DNA from: an uncultured bacterium
GTDB taxonomy: Bacteria; Schekmanbacteria; GWA2-38-11; J061
Assembly (NCBI GenBank): GCA_964549305.1
Contig: CAZJVM010000020.1
Location: 1 to 41,263, forward strand
Length of the DNA stretch: 41,263 nucleotides
Reading direction: 5' to 3'
Within the stretch, counting starts at the first letter, position 1, and each line of letters starts with the position of its first letter. This document shows positions 29,489 to 38,088 of this stretch, in pieces. The notes beneath the pieces are model-generated. The model ran no database searches. It had not been told where the DNA came from and was given only the letters and a program-made list of their open reading frames with translations. The translations under genes were made by a program, and so were the position numbers.

Positions 29489-30815
29489 ATACAAAGCGTG
29501 GTTTCAATGTATCAATGGATGTTCAGGCAAATACGAGCTTGATGAAATTATCTATAAATGCCCCGAGTGCGGGGAGCTTCTGACAGTAGTGCACGATATG
29601 GGCATTCTCAAGAAAAAAACCGCGTGGCAGTGGATGAAGCTTTTTGATGAACGTTACAGAAGAACGGAATGGCCCTTTGGAAGCGGAGTTTGGGGCAAAA
29701 AAGAATTTGTCTGTCCCGGTGTTGACAACGACAACATAGTTTCAATGTATGAGGGCGCAAGCAATCTGTTCTGGGCTGAGAGATTGGGTTCATCTTTGGG
29801 GATCGAAGACCTTTGGATTAAGCAGTGCGGAAACAGCCATACGGGGTCCTTTAAAGACCTTGGAATGACTGTCCTTGTTTCAATGGTAAAACAGATGATA
29901 TCCGAGGGGAAGGATATTATTGCAGTTGCCTGTGCATCTACGGGAGACACTTCCGCCGCGCTTTCTGCATATTGTGCCGCCGCGGGAATTCAGGCGATAG
30001 TTTTTTTACCCAAAAATAAAGTTTCTCTGGCGCAACTCATTCAGCCCATTGCAAACGACGCGCTGACATTATCTCTCGATACGGACTTTGACGGATGTAT
30101 GGAAATTGTCAAAGAGATTACTTCGAAGAATAATATTTACCTTGCAAACTCGATGAACTCTCTTCGCATTGAAGGTCAGAAAACGGTGAGCATAGAGCTT
30201 ACACAGCAGTTTGACTGGAAGGTGCCCGATTGGGTTATAATCCCCGGAGGAAATCTCGGCAATATAAGCGCCATAGGCAAGGGTTTTTCAATGATGAAGG
30301 ATTTGTATATGATTAAGAAACTTCCGCGCCTCGTTTGCGCGCAAACGGAAAAAGCGAACCCTCTTTACAAAAGTTATCTCAAGGATTTTGAGGAATTCAA
30401 ACCTGTAAAGGCAAAAAAGACTCTTGCAAGCGCCATTCAGATAGGAAATCCCGTAAGCGTGAAAAAAGCTATCAAAACGCTCAAAAAGTTTAACGGAATC
30501 GTTGAAGAAGCAACAGAGCAGGAATTAGCCGATGCTGCGGCGATGGGAGATAAAACCGGTCTTTTTAACTGTCCTCATACAGGGGTTGCCCTTGCCGCAC
30601 TCATAAAACTGCTGAAAAAGGGAGTAATAAAGAAATCGGAAAGGGTTGTCGTTATATCTACCGCGAACGGGCTCAAATTTACTGATTTCAAAAGGAAATA
30701 TCACGAAGATAAATTAACAAATATCGTTCCGAATTACGGAAACCTTCCTGTTGAAGTCGAAGCTAAATATGAAAAGGTGAGAAGCGCGATTTTAAATCAT
30801 ATTGACAAGAAGTAA
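29475..30815 (+). CDS. thrC: Threonine synthase (plant-like subfamily)
   Basis: [10 protein letters not shown] (PLP lysine), [25 protein letters not shown]; start placed at ATG 29475. Confidence 0.92.
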   Translation: MKVNKYKAWFQCINGCSGKYELDEIIYKCPECGELLTVVHDMGILKKKTAWQWMKLFDERYRRTEWPFGSGVWGKKEFVCPGVDNDNIVSMYEGASNLFWAERLGSSLGIEDLWIKQCGNSHTGSFKDLGMTVLVSMVKQMISEGKDIIAVACASTGDTSAALSAYCAAAGIQAIVFLPKNKVSLAQLIQPIANDALTLSLDTDFDGCMEIVKEITSKNNIYLANSMNSLRIEGQKTVSIELTQQFDWKVPDWVIIPGGNLGNISAIGKGFSMMKDLYMIKKLPRLVCAQTEKANPLYKSYLKDFEEFKPVKAKKTLASAIQIGNPVSVKKAIKTLKKFNGIVEEATEQELADAAAMGDKTGLFNCPHTGVALAALIKLLKKGVIKKSERVVVISTANGLKFTDFKRKYHEDKLTNIVPNYGNLPVEVEAKYEKVRSAILNHIDKK

Positions 30816-30816
30816 A

Positions 30817-30851
30817 AGAAAGGCGGAATTTAATAAAAATCTGCTTTTTTT
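30817..30851 (+). terminator. Putative intrinsic terminator after thrC
   Basis: AAGGCGGA...TCTGCTTT stem with two G-U pairs, followed by a T run, between convergent thrC and hisC. Confidence 0.45.
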
Positions 30852-30873
30852 GCTTCATTCTCAGTATGTGAAA

Positions 30874-31965
30874 CTATGAAGTGAGCACCTTTTCAAGAGC
30901 GGAAATAAACTTTTTGTTATCTTTTGGATTTCCTATGGTGACCCTTATTGAATCGGGAAATCCGTATCCTTCCATGGGCCTTACTATTACGGCAAGCTTG
31001 AGAAGTTTCAGAAATATCTCGTTACAGTGCGCTTTACAATTGATTAACACGAAATTTGCTTCAGTGGGGACATATTCGAGGCCTAACCTTTCGAGTTCTT
31101 CGTAGAGGTATAGTTTTCCCTCTTCATTTACTTCAATGCTCTTCCTGATATGGTCTATATCGGAAAGCGCCGCAAGGGCGGCTGACTGTCCCGCAGAATT
31201 GACATTGAAGGGCTGTCTTATCTTGTTCATTATCTCGATTATTTCCTCGCTCGCAACGGCATATCCGATTCTAAGCCCGGCAAGCCCGTATATTTTCGAA
31301 AATGTCCTCAAAATTACGAGGTTTTTCCTCCTCGAAAAATGCTCGATGGAGTTTGGATAATTCTCATCGCTTACATATTCCGCGTATGCTTCATCGAGAA
31401 TTATTATTACATCTTCAGGTACGGAAAAGATAAACTCCTCGAATTCCTGTTCTTTCACAATTGTGCCTGTGGGGTTGTTGGGGTTTGCTATAAAAACCAT
31501 TCTCGTGTCGCTGTTTATGGCATTAAACATTGCTTTGAGGTCGTGAGTGTAGTTTGAAAGGGGAACGATTATCTTTTTTCCGCCTGTTACCTGTACAAGC
31601 ATCTGATATACCATAAATGCCTGGTCCGCGATTACGGCATTCACCGAAGGATTTATGAATGACCTGCAGAGAAATTCAAGCAATTCGTTTGACCCGTTTC
31701 CTATGGCTATGTTGTTCTCTGAAACTTTAAGGTTTGAAGCAATCTGCTGTTTAAGGTAAAATGAATGGCTGTCGGGATAAAAAGAGGATTTTTTGAGATA
31801 CCCTTTTAATGCCGTCAGCGCTTTAGGAGAAGGACCGAGAGGATTTTCGTTTGAAGCGAGCTTGACAGGGTCCTTTATCCCGAATTCCCTTTCAACCTCT
31901 TCAATGGGTTTTCCGGGATTATAGGGATTAATGCTTAATATATAGTCCGGAACATATTTTTTCAT
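30874..31965 (-). CDS. hisC: Histidinol-phosphate aminotransferase
   Basis: KLASNENP, ANPNNPTG, DEAY, RTFSKIYGLAGLRIGY; start placed at ATG 31965 (ORF track uses TTG 32001). Confidence 0.93.
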   Translation of the reverse strand: MKKYVPDYILSINPYNPGKPIEEVEREFGIKDPVKLASNENPLGPSPKALTALKGYLKKSSFYPDSHSFYLKQQIASNLKVSENNIAIGNGSNELLEFLCRSFINPSVNAVIADQAFMVYQMLVQVTGGKKIIVPLSNYTHDLKAMFNAINSDTRMVFIANPNNPTGTIVKEQEFEEFIFSVPEDVIIILDEAYAEYVSDENYPNSIEHFSRRKNLVILRTFSKIYGLAGLRIGYAVASEEIIEIMNKIRQPFNVNSAGQSAALAALSDIDHIRKSIEVNEEGKLYLYEELERLGLEYVPTEANFVLINCKAHCNEIFLKLLKLAVIVRPMEGYGFPDSIRVTIGNPKDNKKFISALEKVLTS

Positions 31966-32092
31966 GGAAAGCTTTTTTTCATAAGATTTTTTTATTGTCA
32001 ATTAATAATATTTTTCGCTTTTTAAGGCATCGGGAAAATATTTTTAAAGAATGTGATTTTTTAATATTTTAAACTTTTAAGGATAAAGGAAA

Positions 32093-33673
32093 TTGAAACT
32101 TCTTCCTTCCGGAAAAACCGTCAAAAAAATCCTTTTGACCGTTTTAAGTGCGGGTTTTTTTATTCTGAGCTTTCCCGACTATGATTATTCTCTTTTCGCG
32201 TGGTTTTTTCTGATTCCCCTTTTCACGATTACGGAAGGTGAAAGCCCTCTGAAAAGTTTTTATATTTCCTGGTTTTCTTTTTTAATCGCTTTTTCAGGCA
32301 CCGTTTATTGGGTGGTAAATTCAATGTATAACTACGGAGGGATTCCCGTCTATCTCTCGGTCTTTTTCCTCCTTCTTCTCTCGGCATACCTTGCCCTTTT
32401 TCCGGGATGTTTCTTTATGTTATACAAGATCATCTGCGCTAAAACCTCCCTGACGGCAGGATTGGCGATTTCTCCCTTCCTTTGGGTATCCCTCGAGTAT
32501 TTGAGAGGGCATATTCTTACGGGGTTTCCGTGGGCGATTGCAGGGTATTCCCAGTGGAAGATGCTTCCGTTGATTCAGGTTTGCGACATAACAGGCGTTT
32601 ACGGAATTTCGTTTCTTCTCGTAATCTTTAACGCTTCTCTGTATCGTGCTTTTTTTGCCCTTAAGGATGATGATAAAAAAGGAGGAAGTGGATTTTTCGG
32701 GAGATTCTCTCTTTTACTGATATCGGTTTTTCTGCTTTGCGTTTTTTTGATTTACGGGAAAACGCGAATAAATGATATGGGAAAAATCACTTCCACAGGT
32801 AAACCGTTAAATGTAGGCGTGGTGCAGGGGAATATAGAGCAGGATATAAAATGGGATGATGACGGGATTGTATCTTCAATAGGCAAGCATATTTCTCTTA
32901 CTGACAGGGTTGTCGGGCAATGTTCGCCTGATATTGTCCTTTGGCCGGAGACAGCACTGCCTTTTTTTCCTGAGAGAAGGAAGACCTATGCTGACATTGT
33001 AAAAACTTTTGTAAAAGAAAAAGACATATCACTTTTGAGCGGCGGATTGGGAATTACTGAAAACAATGGAAAAGAGCTTATGTTCAATTCCGTTTTTCTT
33101 TTTAATCCCGAAATCAACATGCAGAGGTATGACAAAATTCACCTTGTCCCTTTCGGTGAATATATTCCCTTTGAAAAATTGTTAAGAATATCTCTTTTTG
33201 ATGAAATCATAGGCGATATCGGGAGTTTTGACAGCGGAGAAGATATAAAGGTTTTCAATACGCGAAAAGGCAAATTCTCTGTGGTCATATGCTATGAAAT
33301 CATATTTCCCGATCTTGTGCGCCGCTTTGCTTCATCAGGCGCCGGAGTGCTCTTTAACGTGACAAATGATGCCTGGTTCGGAAAAAGCTCTGCGCCTCTT
33401 CAGCACTTTTCAAATACCGTTTTCAGGGCAATAGAAAACAGAAGATTTATAGTGAGGTCTGCCAATTCGGGAATTTCAGGAGTTACGGCGCCTGACGGCA
33501 GTATAGTTAAAATGACCAATATATTCCGCGAGGATTCCTTTTGCGCAAAGGTATTATTGACAGATGAAAAAACTTTTTATTCCTCATACGGCGATGTTTT
33601 TGCCTATCTTTCACTGCTTGTTACATTTCTTTTCATCTCCTCTCTTATCCTGATTCGCCGGGAAACTAAATAG
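32093..33673 (+). CDS. lnt: Apolipoprotein N-acyltransferase
   Basis: TGFPW, VQGNI, WPE, YDK.HLVPFGEYIP, ICYE (E-K-C triad), TNDAWFG. Confidence 0.96.
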   Translation: MKLLPSGKTVKKILLTVLSAGFFILSFPDYDYSLFAWFFLIPLFTITEGESPLKSFYISWFSFLIAFSGTVYWVVNSMYNYGGIPVYLSVFFLLLLSAYLALFPGCFFMLYKIICAKTSLTAGLAISPFLWVSLEYLRGHILTGFPWAIAGYSQWKMLPLIQVCDITGVYGISFLLVIFNASLYRAFFALKDDDKKGGSGFFGRFSLLLISVFLLCVFLIYGKTRINDMGKITSTGKPLNVGVVQGNIEQDIKWDDDGIVSSIGKHISLTDRVVGQCSPDIVLWPETALPFFPERRKTYADIVKTFVKEKDISLLSGGLGITENNGKELMFNSVFLFNPEINMQRYDKIHLVPFGEYIPFEKLLRISLFDEIIGDIGSFDSGEDIKVFNTRKGKFSVVICYEIIFPDLVRRFASSGAGVLFNVTNDAWFGKSSAPLQHFSNTVFRAIENRRFIVRSANSGISGVTAPDGSIVKMTNIFREDSFCAKVLLTDEKTFYSSYGDVFAYLSLLVTFLFISSLILIRRETK

Positions 33674-33702
33674 TTGATAAACACCGCTTCTTGAAGTATA
33701 TT
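33674..33702 (+). promoter_or_regulatory. Putative sigma70 promoter of the protease gene
   Basis: TTGATA-N17-TATATT directly after the lnt stop codon. Confidence 0.5.
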
Positions 33703-33732
33703 CGAGCGATATATTAAGCTCTAATTATAATT

Positions 33733-35154
33733 GTGAACTTCATGATGAGACAAATTGTGCGAAGGTCGCTTAAGGCGATGCTTTTTTTTTCTGTTTTGAC
33801 GCTAACCTGTTTATTGGTTAACGGCGATGCTTTCGCGAAGGAAGAACAAAATCTCTCTTTCGTTGAAATTGCCCGTTCCGTTAAGCCCTCTGTAGTGAAT
33901 ATATATACCGTTTCAAAGGACAACTCCGAAGAATACGAAAAATATCACAATGACGAAAAGAACAGAAATTTTTTCAGGGATTTTTTTGATAAATACAGAA
34001 ATAAAGATTCCCGGGGAAGCAAGAAGAATCTGGGTTCGGGAGTTATAATCGATAAAAACGGCTACATCCTTACAAACAATCATATAGTCGAAGGTTCCAC
34101 ACTCATAAACGTATCCCTTGCAAGCGGCGAGGAGTACGAGGCAAGATTGATAGGAAAAGATATAAAAACTGACCTTGCACTTATAAAGATTAACTCCAAC
34201 AGGGAACTTCCCGCTGCAAAGCTCGGCAATTCCGAAAAGCTTGAGGTGGGCGAATGGGTAATGGCGATAGGAAACCCTTACGGACTGGAAGAAACCGTTA
34301 CCGTTGGAATCGTCAGCGCAAAGGGAAGAGTAGTGGGCGCGGGTCCCTATGACAACTTTATTCAAACGGATTCTCCCATAAATCCCGGTAACAGCGGTGG
34401 TCCTCTGGTCAACACCAGGGCGGAGGTCGTTGGCATAAATACACTCATATTCAAGGGCGTGCAGAATCTCGGATTTGCTATTCCGGTAAATCTTGCAAGA
34501 GAAATTTTTACTCAGCTTAAAAAGAGCGGAAAAGTCGTAAGGGGATGGCTTGGAGTATATATTCAGAAAGTTGTTCCGGAAATGCTTGAGTTTTTTCAAC
34601 TCAAAGAGCCCAGAGGCGCCCTTGTTTCAGAAGTTACTCCCGAAGGTCCTGCCGATAAAGCGGGAATAGAAACAGGGGATGTCATTATGAATTTTGATGG
34701 AGTTGAAATCGGTGACGCAAATGACCTGCCTCTTATAGTGGCAAGAAGGCCTGTAGGCAAAAAGGTCAAAGTCAATGTGTTGAGAGATGGTAAAATAATC
34801 GATATCCCCGTTGTACTGGGAGAATTGAATGAAGACGAAATTACGAAAATTGGTGAGAAAAAATCAGCGGGAATATTACTTTTTGGAATGAGAGTGGAAT
34901 ATTTGGATGAAAGGGAAGCGAGGAATCGGAAGATAGGTGAAACATCGGGAGTATATGTAGTTGACGTCAACTCTTCCGGACAGGCATTTGACAAGGGAGT
35001 TAAGAAGGGTGACATAATACTTGAAGTGAACAGGATTGCCGTTGATAATATAGAGGAACTAAAGGAAGCCGTAAAGAAAAACGAGAGAGGTGTCGCCCTT
35101 ATACTGCTGAAAAGAGGGAAAAATACCTTTTTTGTAACTTTGGAGTCGAAATGA
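33733..35154 (+). CDS. Periplasmic serine endoprotease, Do/DegP/DegQ family with two PDZ domains (exact start uncertain)
   Basis: Signal peptide; LGSGVI, TNNH, TDLAL, IQTD.PINPGNSGGPL; two PDZ-like regions. Confidence 0.95.
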   Translation: MNFMMRQIVRRSLKAMLFFSVLTLTCLLVNGDAFAKEEQNLSFVEIARSVKPSVVNIYTVSKDNSEEYEKYHNDEKNRNFFRDFFDKYRNKDSRGSKKNLGSGVIIDKNGYILTNNHIVEGSTLINVSLASGEEYEARLIGKDIKTDLALIKINSNRELPAAKLGNSEKLEVGEWVMAIGNPYGLEETVTVGIVSAKGRVVGAGPYDNFIQTDSPINPGNSGGPLVNTRAEVVGINTLIFKGVQNLGFAIPVNLAREIFTQLKKSGKVVRGWLGVYIQKVVPEMLEFFQLKEPRGALVSEVTPEGPADKAGIETGDVIMNFDGVEIGDANDLPLIVARRPVGKKVKVNVLRDGKIIDIPVVLGELNEDEITKIGEKKSAGILLFGMRVEYLDEREARNRKIGETSGVYVVDVNSSGQAFDKGVKKGDIILEVNRIAVDNIEELKEAVKKNERGVALILLKRGKNTFFVTLESK

Positions 35155-35567
35155 GAGGATTGATTGCGAGATTTGTCATTGTTTTATTTGCCTTTTTAAT
35201 TGCCTTTCCAGTCAATGGATACGCGAAGAAAAAGGAATCCAAGAAGATAATCAAAAAAATCAAAAAGAAGAAAAAAGCGAAATTAAGTAAGAATCATAAA
35301 AAAGGCCTTATCAGGAAACATAAGAAGGTTAAGGGCAGAATAGAAAATATAGACTTGGTGAAAAAGAAGATAACGATTGTGGACAAGAAAAAAAATATTT
35401 ATCACTTTGATATTTCAGAAAGCCAGCTTGTAAATAAAAAGGGCGATAAGGTGGATGAGAAGAAGCTCATAAAGGGAAGCAGGCTTCGCATTAATTACGA
35501 TGTCAAAAGCAAGGGACAGCTTGAAGCCGTTAATGTAAAAGTGAAAAACAAAAAAGAAAACAAATAA
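35151..35567 (+). CDS. Exported, very lysine-rich hypothetical protein with a possible OB-fold-like C-terminal domain
   Basis: Hydrophobic signal peptide ending GYA; 39 Lys in 138 aa; ATGA overlap with the protease stop. Confidence 0.75.
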   Translation: MRGLIARFVIVLFAFLIAFPVNGYAKKKESKKIIKKIKKKKKAKLSKNHKKGLIRKHKKVKGRIENIDLVKKKITIVDKKKNIYHFDISESQLVNKKGDKVDEKKLIKGSRLRINYDVKSKGQLEAVNVKVKNKKENK

Positions 35568-35613
35568 TAACATTTTATATAAATTTATGAAAGAGAGTCG
35601 GGAGGCATATTGA

Positions 35614-36471
35614 ATGAGCGCCAAATTAATTGACGGAAAAAAGATAGCCGGGGATATTAACGAAGAAATCAGGAATGAGGTGGAAAAGCTGACAGGAGAA
35701 GGCCATAGAAAACCTTCCCTTGCCGTGGTGTTAGTTGGCGATGACCCCGCGTCTACTATCTATGTTTCGAGAAAAGAGAAATCCTGCATAGCTACGGGTA
35801 TAAACTCAATAGTAAAAAAATTGAGTGCTGATATTTCAGAAGATGAACTTATCTCCATACTTAAGAGTATGAATGAAGATGAAAGCATAGACGGAATATT
35901 GGTTCAACTGCCCCTGCCCGGACATATTAACTCAGACAAGGTTACGAACTTTATAAGCCCTGACAAGGATGTTGACGGTTTCGGGGAAATAAATCTCGGC
36001 AAGCTCATACTGAACAAGCCTTTTCTCGTGCCCTGTACGCCTGCGGGTATTTTGGAACTTCTCAAAAAGAGCGGATGCGATATTCAGGGAAAGAATACCG
36101 TTGTTCTGGGAAGAAGCAATATCGTTGGGAAGCCCGTCGCAATGCTTATGATGCACAATAACTCCACAGTAACCATCTGTCACTCGAAGACAAAGAATAT
36201 AGAAGATGTATCTGCAAAGGCGGATATTCTTATTGCAGCCATAGGCAGGGCTAATTTTGTCCGCGGTGATATGGTGAAGGAAGGCGCCTATGTCATAGAT
36301 GTGGGAATAAACAGGGTTGACGGCAAACTGGTGGGCGACGTCTGTTTTGACGAGGCAGTTGAAAAAGCCGGGGCAATAACTCCCGTGCCCGGCGGAGTGG
36401 GTCCTATGACGGTGGCAATGCTTCTAAAAAACACAATAACCGCCTACAAATCGCATATAGGAATAGGTTAG
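35614..36471 (+). CDS. folD: Bifunctional methylene-THF dehydrogenase/cyclohydrolase
   Basis: DPAS..YV..K, DGILVQLPLP, KDVDG, PCTP, GRSNIVGKP, TPVPGGVGPMT. Confidence 0.98.
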   Translation: MSAKLIDGKKIAGDINEEIRNEVEKLTGEGHRKPSLAVVLVGDDPASTIYVSRKEKSCIATGINSIVKKLSADISEDELISILKSMNEDESIDGILVQLPLPGHINSDKVTNFISPDKDVDGFGEINLGKLILNKPFLVPCTPAGILELLKKSGCDIQGKNTVVLGRSNIVGKPVAMLMMHNNSTVTICHSKTKNIEDVSAKADILIAAIGRANFVRGDMVKEGAYVIDVGINRVDGKLVGDVCFDEAVEKAGAITPVPGGVGPMTVAMLLKNTITAYKSHIGIG

Positions 36472-36520
36472 TTTCAGGGGAGAAAGTTTTTCCGCTGATT
36501 GGAAAGTCCTGTGGCGGTTG

Positions 36521-37954
36521 TCAATTTATGTTCATAACCGCTTCTTCTGGTTTTACCGGCATGTAAAAAAGAAATGTAGTACCTTCCGCAATTCTGCTTT
36601 CAACATATATTTCGCCGCCGTGCGCTTCTATTATGGATTTTGCTATGGCAAGTCCCAGTCCCGTGCCCTTGATGTTGCCCGAGCTTTTTGCCCTGAAATA
36701 TTTTTCGAAAAGATGTGGAATTTCGTTTTTGTTGATGCCGGCGCCGTTGTCGGTAACCCTTGTCATAACGCGCGAATCATCTTTGGTTATTTCAATATTG
36801 ATAGTACCGCCTTTCTGGCTAAATTTTATGGCATTGTCGAGGAGATTATTGCAGACACGCTCGATTTGAAACTGGTCGAATTCGAAGATTACCGGTTCCG
36901 GAGGCAGATTCAGCTCTATTTTTATTCCCTTGTTTTCAGCTCTTCTTGCGTGGTTTTGAATAATTTCTCCAAGGAAGTGAGAAAAATCAGTCTTCTGAAA
37001 TTTAAGTTTTATGATGCCCGCTTCTATCTTCGAGAGATTCATAAATTCGTCTATAAGCTTTAATATCTTCTTTCCGCTGTCATTTATCATTTTAAGGAAT
37101 TTTTCCACATTCTCTTTTTTTCCTTTTCCGTTTTTTTCAATGAGGAATGTGGAGTTGAGTATTATTGTGTTGAGAGGATTTTTTATGTCGTGGGTAACCA
37201 TGGAAATGAAGTCGTTCTTTATTTTTTCCATTTCCTTTTCCGGAGTTATGTCATTGAAGACGATGATTTTGCCGATTTTTTCCCTTTTCTCATTCACGGA
37301 ATTGTCCAAAGAGTCATCTCTCAGTTCAGAAATGCTTATCTTGTAAAAAACATCTTTCTTCTTCTCTTCAGCTTTAATTTCATAATTGCCGTTTTCCTTT
37401 TCAGTGATCAGTTTGACAATGTCCCTCTTCTCACTGGGGTCGATTAACGAAAAGATGCTTTTCCCCGAAAGGTTGTTATCTTTTATGGAAAGAATTTTCA
37501 CCGCCATTGAATTTATCGTTAGCACTTTTGATTCTTTGTTAAGGACAAGAATCCCTTCATTCATATTCTCGATGATTGTTTTTGTTTTTCCCTTTTCCCT
37601 GATGATTTCCCTTGAGAAGGCATCGGAGATAGACATCTTCTCCTTCTCGAGTTCGGCGATTTTTTTTTCGTAGATTGAACGTGCTTTGAAAAGGTTAGTT
37701 ATGAATACAGAGTATTCGTCGGGCGGTGAATAACGGTAAAGGGTATGTGTGCCTCCGTTTTCCTTTAAGAGAATTCCCTTTTCCACTAAATCGTCGAGGT
37801 CGGATTCAATATCGAAGGGATTGACGTTAATCCATCTCCCCAGTCCCTGAGATGAATCTATTGCAGAGGGGTTTTGCTGAAAATAATTAATTATCTCCAG
37901 CTTGCCTGATGAATTTGCTATTTTTTGGAGGAAATCTTCAAAAGTATTTACCAT
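36521..37954 (-). CDS. Soluble sensor histidine kinase: N-terminal winged-helix-like domain, coiled coil, PAS, HisKA, HATPase
   Basis: H box VTHDIKNPL, N box NLLDNAIKF, G1 DNGAGI, F box LFEKYF, G2 GTGLGL; PAS from IIENMNEGILVLN to FNDIT; no TM segment. Confidence 0.92.
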   Translation of the reverse strand: MVNTFEDFLQKIANSSGKLEIINYFQQNPSAIDSSQGLGRWINVNPFDIESDLDDLVEKGILLKENGGTHTLYRYSPPDEYSVFITNLFKARSIYEKKIAELEKEKMSISDAFSREIIREKGKTKTIIENMNEGILVLNKESKVLTINSMAVKILSIKDNNLSGKSIFSLIDPSEKRDIVKLITEKENGNYEIKAEEKKKDVFYKISISELRDDSLDNSVNEKREKIGKIIVFNDITPEKEMEKIKNDFISMVTHDIKNPLNTIILNSTFLIEKNGKGKKENVEKFLKMINDSGKKILKLIDEFMNLSKIEAGIIKLKFQKTDFSHFLGEIIQNHARRAENKGIKIELNLPPEPVIFEFDQFQIERVCNNLLDNAIKFSQKGGTINIEITKDDSRVMTRVTDNGAGINKNEIPHLFEKYFRAKSSGNIKGTGLGLAIAKSIIEAHGGEIYVESRIAEGTTFLFYMPVKPEEAVMNIN

Positions 37955-38031
37955 ACCGCAGATACCCCTGACAATACCCGCTCTGTAAAAATAAAACCCG
38001 GCAGGAAACGTAACTGCAAATTAACAGAATT

Positions 38032-38061
38032 ATTCTAACCATCTGCGATTTAATAATGCAA
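38032..38061 (-). promoter_or_regulatory. Putative sigma70 promoter of the kinase gene
   Basis: Minus strand TTGCAT-N18-TAGAAT in the 134-nt gap between the KaiC-like gene and the kinase. Confidence 0.4.
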
Positions 38062-38088
38062 GAAATAAAAAAGTTTTTAATTTGTATT

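Noticed and set aside
36518..37447. Plus-strand ORFs (181, 111, 85 aa) opposite the histidine kinase
   Set aside because: Typical antisense shadows of a kinase gene with no independent coding signal.
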